Shown: positions 40,171 through 50,596 of the stretch, one piece after another
How the letters are laid out: each line of letters opens with the position of its first letter
Numbering within the stretch: the stretch's first letter is position 1
Assembly (NCBI GenBank): GCA_963770755.1
Contig: CAVYQZ010000006.1
Location: 196,818 to 260,817, forward strand
Source: Candidatus Aminicenantes bacterium
GTDB lineage: Bacteria > Acidobacteriota > Aminicenantia > UBA2199
Length of the DNA stretch: 64,000 nucleotides
Direction: 5' to 3'
Notes under the pieces: generated by a model
The model's input: the letters and a program-made list of their open reading frames with translations, nothing else
Databases searched by the model: none
Told to the model about the DNA's origin: nothing
Made by a program: the position numbers and the translations under genes

Positions 40171-41921
40171 TTCTGGCCATTGTGTTGTCGGTGACGGTGT
40201 TGCTGGTCTATCAATACTTTTTCATGCCCAAGCCCGCGGTTCAGGAACGATCCGTCATGCCTGTTGCCGTTCAGGAACAAAAGAGCGAAGCCGCGGTGGA
40301 AGCCGAGAGCACGGTAACCCCTGACATCGGTTCCATACTGAACCAGCCCGAAACCCCAGTCACGGAAAGTGAACAGCCGCTGCAGACGGTGTCCGATAGC
40401 CTGTCGGCCACAAGTGAAATGCAGGTTACCGTGGATAACGCATTTTTCAGCGCCACATTCACCAATCGCGGCGCCGGCCTGACCTCGCTGATCTTGAAAA
40501 AATACAAGGATGACGCCGGCAAGCCCATGGACCTGATATCGCACAGTGCCAAAGAATCAAAGTTTTATCCTTTTTATTTCTATTCGGAAAAAGACGATTT
40601 TTCCGGGATCCTGAACAAGGCATTGTTTCTCTATCGCGGCGATGAATCGATAAAAGTAGGCGACCGCAAGAGTAGTGAGATTGTATTTGAATATGCCGAT
40701 CCGGTCCAGAACTTGATTGCCCGCAAAAAATTTATTTTCAGCGAAAACAGTTATGTCATTCGCCTGGAGTTCCAGGTCAGTAAAAACGGAAGGGTGGTGG
40801 ATTCGCTGCCGGTGATTTTTGGACCCGATCTGGAAAACAATGACAGCCGCGACCGGGCCATGATGATGAATCTCAAAATCGCTGCCTACCGCAACGACAA
40901 GCTGGAATCGGTCGACTTTGTCAAGCAGAAAACCATGCCCCAGGAAGGCCGGACCTACGAGAAGGCTTCGGGCGAAATGGGATCTGGCTTCTACTGGGCG
41001 GCCTATGAGACCACTTATTTCGCCGCTGTTTTTAAGACCGATCTGCTGAAATCCAAGCTGGCCTACCAGGTGATCAAGCAGCCGCTGGCGCAGAATAAAA
41101 GCAAATTGTATTCCTTTATGGTGGTCACCAATCCGACGTCGATTTTTATCGGTCCCAAGGATGAAAAAATATTGGCCGCCGTTGAAAAAGAGTATCCCGA
41201 TCTGAACAAAATCATTGAATACGGCTGGTTTGGTGCTATTGCCAAGATTATGCTCAAGGGCATCAATTTCATCCATGGCCTGATCCCAAATTATGGATGG
41301 GCTCTGATACTTTTCACGCTGTTCCTGAAGCTGGTCTTGTTCCCGTTGACTTATTCTTCCAGCGTGTCCATGGCCAAGATGCAGAATCTGCAGCCCAAGA
41401 TGAAAGCGATAAAGAAAAAGTACAAGAACACCAAGGATATGGAACAGCGCAAGCTGATGAACATGGAGATCATGGATTTGTATAAGCAGGAGAAGGTCAA
41501 TCCGGCCGGTGGCTGCTTGCCAATCTTGCTGCAGCTGCCGCTTCTGTGGGGATTTTTCCGCTTGCTCTCGGTCTCCATCAATGTACGTCATGAGCCGTGG
41601 ATACTGTGGATCACGGATCTTTCGAAAAAGGATCCGTATTACGTGCTGCCCATCCTGATGGGCATAACCCAGCTTATCCAGCAGCGCATGCAACCATCGG
41701 GCGGTGACGATACCCAAAGAAAACTGATGTATATCATGCCATTTGTCATGACCATCATGTTCGCTTCTTTCCCCAGCGGCCTGAACCTTTATTGGTGCAT
41801 GTCCAACGTGCTACAGATCGGTCAGCAATACATCATCAACAAGAAAATTCATAAAGAGAAGAAAGAGGAAGCAAGGGAAATGAAGCTTTTAAAAAGAAAA
41901 AAAGGAGCCAAAGAGAAATGA
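40152..41921 (+). CDS. yidC: Membrane protein insertase YidC
   Basis: N-terminal TM, large periplasmic domain, C-terminal 5-TM core. Confidence 0.9.
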   Translation: MDTKKLILAIVLSVTVLLVYQYFFMPKPAVQERSVMPVAVQEQKSEAAVEAESTVTPDIGSILNQPETPVTESEQPLQTVSDSLSATSEMQVTVDNAFFSATFTNRGAGLTSLILKKYKDDAGKPMDLISHSAKESKFYPFYFYSEKDDFSGILNKALFLYRGDESIKVGDRKSSEIVFEYADPVQNLIARKKFIFSENSYVIRLEFQVSKNGRVVDSLPVIFGPDLENNDSRDRAMMMNLKIAAYRNDKLESVDFVKQKTMPQEGRTYEKASGEMGSGFYWAAYETTYFAAVFKTDLLKSKLAYQVIKQPLAQNKSKLYSFMVVTNPTSIFIGPKDEKILAAVEKEYPDLNKIIEYGWFGAIAKIMLKGINFIHGLIPNYGWALILFTLFLKLVLFPLTYSSSVSMAKMQNLQPKMKAIKKKYKNTKDMEQRKLMNMEIMDLYKQEKVNPAGGCLPILLQLPLLWGFFRLLSVSINVRHEPWILWITDLSKKDPYYVLPILMGITQLIQQRMQPSGGDDTQRKLMYIMPFVMTIMFASFPSGLNLYWCMSNVLQIGQQYIINKKIHKEKKEEAREMKLLKRKKGAKEK

Positions 41922-42538
41922 CGGACAAAAAGGAATTTGTCGCAAATTCTCTGCAGGATGCCATTCGCCAGGCGGCTGAAGCCTTTGCTATTCCTGAAGA
42001 AAAACTGAAATATCGCATCATTACTGAAAAAACCAAGTATTTCGGCCACAAGCAACGGGAAATATATATTGAGGCCTGGAGTTCGGATGGCAGTGACCAA
42101 AAAGGACTTGAAGACTTTGTCACCTTGCTGACCCAGAGCATGAAACTGGATTTGCAGTTCAAGTTTGAAAGCAACCCGGATTTCCTGCGCGTTAATTTCA
42201 GCGGCGAAGATTATAAACTGATGCTGTACCAGAATGGCAACCTGCTTAATGCCGTGCAATATTTGCTCAACCGTCTCTTTGCAGATCAGATCGGCAAAAA
42301 GATTTTCTGCGAGTGTGAAAATTACCGTAAAAAAAAAGAAGCCGAATTAAGCACTCTGGCCCACCGCCATGCACGCCAGATCCGTCGAAACGGCCAAGCT
42401 GTCGAATTGCCGGAATTGAACCCTTTTGAGCGGCGGATCATCCACATGACCATCAATAAATACGAGGATCTGGAATCCAAAAGCGACGGCGATAATTTTC
42501 TGAAGGTTATAACCATCAGAAAAAAACCGCATGGATGA
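41918..42538 (+). CDS. jag: Jag/KhpB RNA-binding protein (Jag_N, KH, R3H)
   Basis: R3H motif LNPFERRIIHMTINKYEDLESKSDGD at C-terminus; conserved position after yidC. Confidence 0.8.
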   Translation: MTDKKEFVANSLQDAIRQAAEAFAIPEEKLKYRIITEKTKYFGHKQREIYIEAWSSDGSDQKGLEDFVTLLTQSMKLDLQFKFESNPDFLRVNFSGEDYKLMLYQNGNLLNAVQYLLNRLFADQIGKKIFCECENYRKKKEAELSTLAHRHARQIRRNGQAVELPELNPFERRIIHMTINKYEDLESKSDGDNFLKVITIRKKPHG

Positions 42539-43889
42539 TGAAACGATCGTAGCCTTGGCGACTCCGCCGGGCCAGGCGGGCATCGCCGTGATCAGACTTT
42601 CCGGAAGTAAAAGCCATGCCATTGTCCGCGCATTATTCGAGCCGTTGCCCGGGACATGGCAAGGGCGAAAAAGCTATCATGGGTTCATTCAATCCCGGGG
42701 TCGGCGTATCGATGAATGCCTGGTGACGGTTTTTAAGGCGCCGCGCACCTACAGCGGCGAGGACATGGCTGAAATCTCGCTTCATTCCAATTTGGCCATC
42801 ATTGAAGCGGTGATTGATTTGACCTGCCGTCTCGGGGCCCGGCCGGCCCTGCCCGGCGAATTCACCTACCGGGCTTTTCGCAACGGCAAGATGGACCTGC
42901 TCCAGGCCGAAGCGGTCAACGATTTGATTCGCGCCAATTCGCGGGTCTTTGCCTTGATGGAATTCGGCAATCTGGAAGGCCGGCTTTCCCAAATGGTCGG
43001 CTCGATCCGTGCCCGGCTCCTGGAAATGGCCATGGCTATTGAGACCGATATTGAATTTGCCGAGGACCAGCGGTTGGAAACCGTTGCCATCGATCCCGGC
43101 TTGTCGGCCACGATCAATGATTTGGAAAAAATCCTGGGTCAAAGCCGGTTCAACGAGACCCTCGATCAGGGCATGCAGCTTGTCATTGCCGGCCGGGTCA
43201 ATGTGGGTAAATCCTCGTTGTTCAACGCCCTGCTGATGAAGGAACGCTCGATCATTTCTCCTTTGCCCGGTACGACCCGTGATTATATCCAGGAAAAGCT
43301 GCATGTAGACGGCTTGCCGTTCAGAATCACCGATATGGCAGGCATACGCGAGGTTTCGGGGGACGATATTGAAAATCAGGGCATGCGCCGCAGCCGGGAT
43401 AAAATCGCCCAGGCTGATGCGGTAATTTTCATGGTCGATGCGTCGCAAGCTCTGCAAGCCGGCGATCATGAGATTTATAGCCTGATCCGGGAGAAGAAAC
43501 GGATCCTGCTGGCCAATAAAAAAGATCTGGCGCCGCCGGCGGCGATTGAAAATATCCGCCGCGCTTTTCCTGATGAAATTATGCACCTGGTTTCAGCCAA
43601 AAACGGGGAAAACCTTGAACCGATCATCGATTTTTTGAAAAAATTATGGCGGCAGATCGCTGAACCGGCATGTGATATGGTCGTCAATCTCAGGCAGAAA
43701 ACCTTGCTGGCTAAACTTTTACAGAATTTGCGTCACATTGAGCAATGGCAGACTCAGTGCCCGGCCCAAACAGAAATGATTGCCGAAGAAGTGCGCCAGG
43801 GCCTACGGTTGATCGGTGAATTGACCGGCGCCGTCAGCTCCACCGAGATCCTTCAGGGTATTTTTGCGAAATTCTGCATCGGCAAATGA
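42531..43889 (+). CDS. mnmE: tRNA modification GTPase MnmE
   Basis: G-domain GRVNVGKSSLFNAL, C-terminal CIGK. Confidence 0.9.
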   Translation: MDDETIVALATPPGQAGIAVIRLSGSKSHAIVRALFEPLPGTWQGRKSYHGFIQSRGRRIDECLVTVFKAPRTYSGEDMAEISLHSNLAIIEAVIDLTCRLGARPALPGEFTYRAFRNGKMDLLQAEAVNDLIRANSRVFALMEFGNLEGRLSQMVGSIRARLLEMAMAIETDIEFAEDQRLETVAIDPGLSATINDLEKILGQSRFNETLDQGMQLVIAGRVNVGKSSLFNALLMKERSIISPLPGTTRDYIQEKLHVDGLPFRITDMAGIREVSGDDIENQGMRRSRDKIAQADAVIFMVDASQALQAGDHEIYSLIREKKRILLANKKDLAPPAAIENIRRAFPDEIMHLVSAKNGENLEPIIDFLKKLWRQIAEPACDMVVNLRQKTLLAKLLQNLRHIEQWQTQCPAQTEMIAEEVRQGLRLIGELTGAVSSTEILQGIFAKFCIGK

Positions 43890-45701
43890 AAATCATCGTC
43901 GTCGGAGCCGGGCATGCAGGTATTGAAGCCGCCTATGCCGCTGCCCGCATGGGAGCTGAAACCACCCTGTTGACCATGCATTTGGAGACCCTGGCCCAAA
44001 TGTCCTGCAATCCGTCCATTGGCGGCATCGCCAAGGGTCACCTGGTTAAGGAAATCGATGTTTTGGGCGGAATCATGCCCCGTTCCGCAGATGCCACAGG
44101 CATCCATTTCAAAGTTCTCAATCGCAGCAAGGGACCGGCTGTGCGCGCTACCCGCACCCAGAACGACAAGATTGCCTATCGAAATTATTTGAAAAGTTTT
44201 TTGGAAACGGTGCCGCGGCTCAGAATATATCAGGGCATTGCCAGTGAAATCGTCGTCGCCAATGGCCGGGCCTACGGCGTCAGGCTGCTGGAAGGAGAAA
44301 CCCTTGCTGCCGATGCCGTGATCATTTGCGCGGGAACCTTTTTGGCCGGGCGCATATATATCGGTGCGACCACCTATGCCGCCGGCCGGGCCAATGAGCC
44401 GCCGTCCCTGCAGTTGGCTGAAAATATCGCTGCCCTGGGTTTTAAAATATTGCGCTTGAAGACCGGAACCCCGATGCGTTTGCATGCGGACAGCATTGAT
44501 TGGAAAAAATTCAGTCCCCAGCCGGGTGATGAGCCGCCTATGCCATTTTCAATGTTTACCAAAGGCAAAGTGAAGAACCGGGTTCTTTGTTATCTGGGCC
44601 ATACGACCCCGGCGGTTGGAATGATCGTGCGTGATCATTTGCATTTATCGCCTTTATTTTCGGGAAAAATCCAGGGCATAGGCCCCCGTTATTGCCCGTC
44701 GATCGAAGACAAGATTGTCAAGTTCGCCGACAAGGACAGGCATCATTTTTACCTGGAACCGGAAGGCTTGCGCAACAAGGAAATATATGTCAACGGCTTG
44801 TCTTCGAGCTTGCCGGTCGAAGTTCAGAATAAAATACTGCGGGCCATTCCGGGACTGGACCAAGCGCGGATGATGAGACCGGCATATGCCATTGAATACG
44901 ATGCCATCCAGCCCACCCAGTTGCGAAGCAATTTGGAAGCGCGTGAAATTGAAAACTTGTTTTTTGCCGGCCAGGTCAACGGCACGTCCGGTTACGAGGA
45001 AGCCGCGGCCCAAGGCCTCATGGCCGGGATCAACGCCGTGCTCAAGGCCCGGGGCGAGGCACCGTTCATATTGAGTCGTGACGAAGCCTATATCGGCGTT
45101 ATGGTCGATGATATTGTTCGCATCGGTGTCGATGAACCATACCGCTTGTTTACGGCGCGGGCCGAGTATCGCCTGCAGCTGCGTGAAGACAACGTTTTTG
45201 AACGCCTGGGCGGGCACGGCCTCAGGTTGGGGTTGATCAGCCAGGCCGATTTCAACCGAGAAATGCGCAAACTGGAACGACGCCGAAGCCTTATCGGCAA
45301 GCTCGGTAAAATCAAGGGACTCTGGAATGCCAAGACTGAAACTTATTTCAAACTGCTGAAAATGCCCGAAATGACTTTTGAAAAGCTGGAAGAGCTTCAT
45401 AAAAAACCGCTGCTCAAGAAAAAGACCCTGACCGATGTCTCCTATATCGAGGCCTGCGTCAAATATGAAGGCTACATTGAAATCCAGAAACAGGAAGTCG
45501 CCAGGATGCAAAAAATGCACAAGGTGGTCATCCCGGCCGATCTGGATTTCATGCGCGTTGATGGCCTAAGCACTGAAATAAAACAGAAGCTGCTTCGGGC
45601 CAGGCCCGGCGACCCTGGGCGATGCGGCGCTCGTTCCCGGCGTCACCCCGGCCGCCATCAATGCCATCAGCATTTACCTGACCATGAAATACGGCAGATA
45701 G
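43886..45701 (+). CDS. mnmG: tRNA uridine 5-carboxymethylaminomethyl modification enzyme MnmG, C-terminus restored across an apparent +1 frameshift near 45605-45610
   Basis: MKIIVVGAGHAGIEAAYAAARMG FAD motif; after frameshift the alternative frame reads TLGDAALVPGVTPAAINAISIYLTMKYGR* (canonical MnmG tail) ending TAG 45699-45701; ORF track runs to 45832. Confidence 0.85.
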
Positions 45702-45785
45702 CCGCCTTCACGGTTGATGTTAAAAATTTTAGCCAACCAGTTTTTGAGGCGCACAGGCAGGAGTTGCGACCGGACCTGCTGCTGT

Positions 45786-46490
45786 TCAGATGGCCGCGGA
45801 GAAGCCGAACCAGATTTCCGTCTCCTCGTTGACCTCATCCAGCAGCGGGACCATCACATTGAGCGAGGGGGTCAGTGTCAGCTTGCCCAAAGTCAAAGGC
45901 AGCTTGACGTAGAAGTCGATGTCAGAGAATCCTGTTTTGTCGATGAACTGTTTGCTGTTGAAGCCGATGAGCCCGCCAAACTCGACGTTCACTTTTTCAC
46001 TCACCATCAGCACTTGGCTGCCGCTGAGGCAGACATAGATGCCGCTGCCCAGATTGAAGTCGTAATAGATGGAGAGTCGCGGGGATAAAGACAAAGCAGT
46101 CGTGGATATTGTGGCGTACACCTCCTGGGAGGTATTGTCTTTGAACCTGAAATCGTTTGCGAACCAGAAGCCATAGTGGATGAAACCGGCGCTCAACTCC
46201 CAGCCCTCCGCCACTTTAAAGGTATAGGAAAGGGTCAAGTCGATCTCATCGGAATACCTGAACGTGTCGCGCTGCGCCAGGGCGAAGCTGCTCCAAATGT
46301 TGAGTGAAAGTCCGCTCTCGCCTAGATCGACGGTGAGAGAAGGTTGGACGGCCGCATGGTTGTCGGGCAGCAGATCGAATCCCCGCCAGATGTAGCGGCT
46401 GACCAAGTCAATCTGTCCGGAGACCGTGCCCGCTATCGACGGCATTGTGACTAACAAAAAGACGAGCAGTAATCGTGCAAGTTTTTTCAT
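45786..46490 (-). CDS. Hypothetical secreted protein, probable small outer-membrane beta-barrel
   Basis: Signal MKKLARLLLVFLLVTMPSIAGTVSG; alternating amphipathic strands; start ATG 46490 with AGGAGAGAG RBS. Confidence 0.5.
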   Translation of the reverse strand: MKKLARLLLVFLLVTMPSIAGTVSGQIDLVSRYIWRGFDLLPDNHAAVQPSLTVDLGESGLSLNIWSSFALAQRDTFRYSDEIDLTLSYTFKVAEGWELSAGFIHYGFWFANDFRFKDNTSQEVYATISTTALSLSPRLSIYYDFNLGSGIYVCLSGSQVLMVSEKVNVEFGGLIGFNSKQFIDKTGFSDIDFYVKLPLTLGKLTLTPSLNVMVPLLDEVNEETEIWFGFSAAI

Positions 46491-46558
46491 ACTCTCTCCT
46501 GGAGTCGTCCGCTCGAAGCAGTCGCATATATCCAGTATATCATAATAAAAAGGAAAAA

Positions 46559-46584
46559 GGGCGGGGGGATACTTGCCCCCGCCC
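46559..46584 (-). terminator. 9-bp perfect GC hairpin (gggcggggg/cccccgccc) followed on the minus strand by T-runs; orphan terminator-like element
   Basis: Read directly; preceded on minus strand by a 17-codon ORF MSNGLDEALHGEQAYEM. Confidence 0.3.
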
Positions 46585-46944
46585 ATGAGAATCACATTTC
46601 GTAAGCCTGCTCGCCATGCAGTGCCTCGTCCAAGCCATTTGACATGGCCGAGCTGTATGAGGCTCTTCAGTTAATCGCAATTTTCCAGCAAATAGCCGAC
46701 TTTTTTCTGCCGATCATTGCAATTTCATCATTTTTTCTATAAAATCAACGAATGGAAAAAATTGCTCTTCCTGAAAATGCGCATGGTTTTACGCTAAACC
46801 GCGGGCAAGACAGTATTCCTGATTTGGGGCCTGTGGTCCTTGGACACGCATTGTTTCCAGCTTGCTCAACTTCCTGCCCTTTTGATTCCACTACTTCAGC
46901 AGACTGATGGCCTGGATGACACCGATTCTGAGTCTGGTACGACA

Positions 46945-47949
46945 ATGAGCCGACAAAATCTTGCCGACAGTTCTCGTTGCCTGGTTACCGGGGCCAGCGG
47001 TTTCATCGGCTCCCACCTGGCCGCGACCCTGGCTACCGCGGGGCACGACGTAGCCTGCCTGGTTCGCTCCGGCAGCCGGCGTGATTTCCTTTCCACCCTG
47101 CCGGTGCGTCTGGTCGAGGGCGACTGCCTGGATCGCGGCTCGCTACGCGCTGCGGTGACCGGAGTCGATTATGTCTTTCACCTGGCTGGAGCGATTTCCG
47201 CCCCCGACCGGCAGACCTACTTTGACATCAATTCCACGGGCACGAAAAACCTGGTCGAGGCATGTCTGACCTGCAACCCCACGCTGCGCCGCCTGGTCCA
47301 TGTATCCAGTATTGCCGCGGCCGGACCCAGTCCGCGCGGCTGCACGCTGACCGAAAACGACGAATGCCGTCCTATTTCCGACTACGGCCGCAGCAAACTG
47401 GAGGCTGAGTTTATGGTACGCGCTGCCGGGAAGCGCCTGCCCTGGGTGATTATCCGCCCGTCGAATGTAATCGGGCCGCGCCAAAAGGAACTCGAAGAAT
47501 CGATCGGGCTGCTGCGACGGCACATCAAACCGCTGATCGGCCGCAAGGATTCGCGCACCAGCGTGATCGGCGTCTGGGACCTGGTACGGATGCTGCTCCA
47601 GGCGGCCGCAGACGACCGCGCCATCGGCCGCACCTATTTTGTTACCGACGGCAAGCCAGTTTCCTGGCGCCATATCACCGACATGATAGCACGTGGCGCC
47701 GGTATACGCGGTTTTTTTCTGCCGCTGCCTTTCCCGGTCCTGTATGTGGCCGCGGCCGTGGCCGAGCAGATTGCTCGCTGGCGCAAACAGGCGTCGCCTA
47801 TAGCTCGGGAACATTTAATTTCCGCACGGAATTTTGACTGGGTATATGCTTCTGAGGCCATTGCCAGGGAACTCGATATGATTCCTGAAATGGATCTGGA
47901 TGAGGTGGTGAAGCAAACATTCGCCGCCCGGCGAGCGGAGAGTAACTGA
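46945..47949 (+). CDS. NAD(P)-dependent epimerase/dehydratase-family (extended SDR) protein, paralog 1
   Basis: Rossmann LVTGASGFIGSHL; catalytic YGRSK; ATG 46945 (ORF track 46840). Confidence 0.8.
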   Translation: MSRQNLADSSRCLVTGASGFIGSHLAATLATAGHDVACLVRSGSRRDFLSTLPVRLVEGDCLDRGSLRAAVTGVDYVFHLAGAISAPDRQTYFDINSTGTKNLVEACLTCNPTLRRLVHVSSIAAAGPSPRGCTLTENDECRPISDYGRSKLEAEFMVRAAGKRLPWVIIRPSNVIGPRQKELEESIGLLRRHIKPLIGRKDSRTSVIGVWDLVRMLLQAAADDRAIGRTYFVTDGKPVSWRHITDMIARGAGIRGFFLPLPFPVLYVAAAVAEQIARWRKQASPIAREHLISARNFDWVYASEAIARELDMIPEMDLDEVVKQTFAARRAESN

Positions 47950-47950
47950 T

Positions 47951-48907
47951 ATGGATTTTTCCAAGTTGGAACGGAAGCGCAGTCAGTTTGCCGAACTCTA
48001 CGGGCGCACGCTGCCCCTGCCCGGATTGGCGCTCCAGGCCATGGACGCGTTGGTGTTTGGAGCGGTGCTGTTTTTTGCCGGCTTGATCATCGTTTTTGCC
48101 CCGCGTATCCATGATCCGTGGACGCTGCTGCTGCGCCTCGGCCTCTGGAGTTTGTTTTACGCTGCCTCGCTGGCCTGGCAGCGGCATATCTCCCTACCGC
48201 CTTTGCGGGCGCTGCTGCGTATGGGTTCGGTCCAACTGATATTGGTTCCGATATACTTGATTGTCCATCCCCTGCAATTGATCTTCGTGCACAACTGGCA
48301 AGACCCGGCAATCCTGAGATTGGAAAATACCGTGTTTGGCGTGCAGCCGACATTATGGCTGCAGCGTTTTGTCAGCCCCGGGTTGACCGAATGGATGATG
48401 TTCTGCTACGTGATTTACCTGGTCATTTACCCGGCGCTGGGCGGACTGATCTTCCTGCGTTGGGGGGAAAAATCACTCGAGGATTATTTGTTTACGTTGA
48501 CCCTGGCCAATGTGGTCTGTTTTTTGGGTTTCCTTGTCTACCCGGTGGCCGGGCCACTCAATCATATGGCCAGTGAGTTTAGCGTGCCGCTCAAAGGCTG
48601 GCTGTTCACGGCCATGGGTGAATTCATCCGCAGGGATGTCCACCTGGTTGGCGGCAATCTGCCCAGTCCGCACTGCGCGATTGCCACCGTGATGTGGCTG
48701 ATGGCACATCGCTACCGGCGGCTGGTTTTTTGGCTGCTGACTCCGGTGATTCTCGGGATCTACATTTCCACGGTGTATGGACGATATCACTATGTCAGCG
48801 ATTCGGTGATCGGCATTGCGGCCGGACTCCTGGTGATCGGACTGGCTCCGCTCCTGGTGCGAGGCTGGAACCGCCTGGCCCGGCGCGGCACCCGGGAAAC
48901 GGCATGA
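47951..48907 (+). CDS. PAP2-superfamily integral membrane protein (sphingomyelin-synthase/IPC-synthase-like PAP2_C)
   Basis: Multi-TM; motifs PSPHCA and YGRYHYVSDSVIG resembling SGH and HYTxD/SRx5Hx3D PAP2 motifs. Confidence 0.6.
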   Translation: MDFSKLERKRSQFAELYGRTLPLPGLALQAMDALVFGAVLFFAGLIIVFAPRIHDPWTLLLRLGLWSLFYAASLAWQRHISLPPLRALLRMGSVQLILVPIYLIVHPLQLIFVHNWQDPAILRLENTVFGVQPTLWLQRFVSPGLTEWMMFCYVIYLVIYPALGGLIFLRWGEKSLEDYLFTLTLANVVCFLGFLVYPVAGPLNHMASEFSVPLKGWLFTAMGEFIRRDVHLVGGNLPSPHCAIATVMWLMAHRYRRLVFWLLTPVILGIYISTVYGRYHYVSDSVIGIAAGLLVIGLAPLLVRGWNRLARRGTRETA

Positions 48908-49902
48908 AAGTGTTCATTACCGGGGCCAATGGCTTCATCGGTTCGAGCCTGTGCCGGTATCTCCTGGCCAGGGGCTGGGAAGTGCACGGTTTGGTCCGGC
49001 CCACATCCGACCTGCATAACCTGGAGGGGCTGCCCGTACATCTTTATACCGGCGACTTGCGTGACCCCGCTTCGTTTACTATTCCGGCCGGAATTACCCA
49101 TGTCATCCATTCGGCCTCGATCGTCTCCGACCATGCAGACGAATCCACTTGCCGCGACAATATCTACCTGCTGGCTGTCAACCTGGTCGCCAAGCTGCGC
49201 GCCCTGCCTCAGCCGCCGCAGCGACTGCTGTATATCTCCACGGCCCTGGTTCTCGGCTACAACGGCCAGGGAATCTCAGAGCAGCGGCCGGGAGAATCGG
49301 CCATGTTTCTGGCCTATACCCGTTTCAAGGTCAAGACGGAGGAATTTCTCAGGCAGCAATGGCAAGAGCACGGCTTGCCGGTAGTGATCCTGCGCCCGGG
49401 GGATGTTTACGGGCCCTATGACCGGATATCATGCGCCCAGATGCTGCGCGGCTGTGAGCTTAAGCTGCCCTTGATCGTCGGTAGCGGCAAATGCCGTTTC
49501 GGCTTCTGCTATATTGATAACCTGTGCCAGGCCTCGCTGCTGGCCCTGATTCAACCTGGCATCGAGGGCCGCGCCTATACCGTGACCAACGGCGCCCTGC
49601 CGACCTGGAAAGAGTTCTTCTCGGGACTGCAGCGACGGATGCATTACCGGCAGCGCTTGCGGGTGCCGGCGTGGATTGCATATGTTGTGGCAGCCGTGCT
49701 GCGCGTGATCCATTGGATCCGCCCGAGTTTTCCCCCTCTCATTAACTACTACCGGGTGCGGCGCATCACCACCGAGACCACCTACGACATTTCGCAAACG
49801 GTCCATGACCTCGGCTACCAGCCCGATGACCGCACCGAGCTGCAGTTCGATGAGATTGTGGCCTGGTACAAGCGGGAAAGGAAGAATGGACACATCACTT
49901 GA
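48904..49902 (+). CDS. NAD(P)-dependent epimerase/dehydratase-family (extended SDR) protein, paralog 2
   Basis: MKVFITGANGFIGSSL; YTRFK; ATGA overlap with upstream stop. Confidence 0.8.
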   Translation: MKVFITGANGFIGSSLCRYLLARGWEVHGLVRPTSDLHNLEGLPVHLYTGDLRDPASFTIPAGITHVIHSASIVSDHADESTCRDNIYLLAVNLVAKLRALPQPPQRLLYISTALVLGYNGQGISEQRPGESAMFLAYTRFKVKTEEFLRQQWQEHGLPVVILRPGDVYGPYDRISCAQMLRGCELKLPLIVGSGKCRFGFCYIDNLCQASLLALIQPGIEGRAYTVTNGALPTWKEFFSGLQRRMHYRQRLRVPAWIAYVVAAVLRVIHWIRPSFPPLINYYRVRRITTETTYDISQTVHDLGYQPDDRTELQFDEIVAWYKRERKNGHIT

Positions 49903-50596
49903 TCCCGGAGTGACCCGGGCGCTGCTCTACCCCTACTTGGCATTGGCTTTCACCCTCATGGTGACCGTGTTCCACCATCGCAACCTGCGGCGCGGCCGCA
50001 GCGAGTTGCGTGCTTTTCTGCTTTACTTTGCTTTGTTCTTCCTCTTCTTCCTTGTACTTCCTCTGGCCCTGATCCTGCTTTCTGCTGCTGACCCGGCAGC
50101 CTTTTTGCGCTTGCTCGGTCTGTCCAGCGGCCGGGCCGGGCGGGGGTTGATGCTGTCTGTGATCGCCATTCCGCTCTGCCTTGCCGCCGCCTTCATCGGT
50201 TCGCGCGACCCCGCGCTGCGTGAACAATATCCCTTTGCCAAGGCGGCCTGCCGGACCCCCGGCAACTTTGTTGCGTACGAGGCAGCCTACCTGTTTTTGT
50301 ATTACCTGCCCTGGGAATTTCTCTATCGCGGCCTGCTTTTTCTCATGCTGGTACCGGCGCTTGGACTGTTCCCGGCATTGGCGCTGCAAACCATCATCTC
50401 GACCATACATCATTTCGGCCATCCCGAATCAGAGATCTGGGCCGCTTGCGGCGCCGGATTCATTTTCGGACTGGTGGCCTGGTTTTCCGGTTCCATATTG
50501 TATACTGTGTTCATGCACGCCCTGGTTGGCATTGGCAACGATGTATTCCTTTACAGGCGCTGCCACCGGCCGCGGGTGTTGGAGGATGCCAGGTGA
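49886..50596 (+). CDS. CPBP-family intramembrane metalloprotease (CAAX protease/Abi-like)
   Basis: Motifs WEFLYRG (EExxxR-like), IISTIHHFGH (FxxxH), distal H; 6+ TM helices. Confidence 0.65.
   Translation: MDTSLDPGVTRALLYPYLALAFTLMVTVFHHRNLRRGRSELRAFLLYFALFFLFFLVLPLALILLSAADPAAFLRLLGLSSGRAGRGLMLSVIAIPLCLAAAFIGSRDPALREQYPFAKAACRTPGNFVAYEAAYLFLYYLPWEFLYRGLLFLMLVPALGLFPALALQTIISTIHHFGHPESEIWAACGAGFIFGLVAWFSGSILYTVFMHALVGIGNDVFLYRRCHRPRVLEDAR

Noticed and set aside
40557-41717. 386-aa minus-strand ORF antisense to yidC, and 42633..43586 antisense to mnmE, 37026..37892 antisense to fhs
   Set aside because: All lie fully within strongly supported essential genes on the opposite strand.
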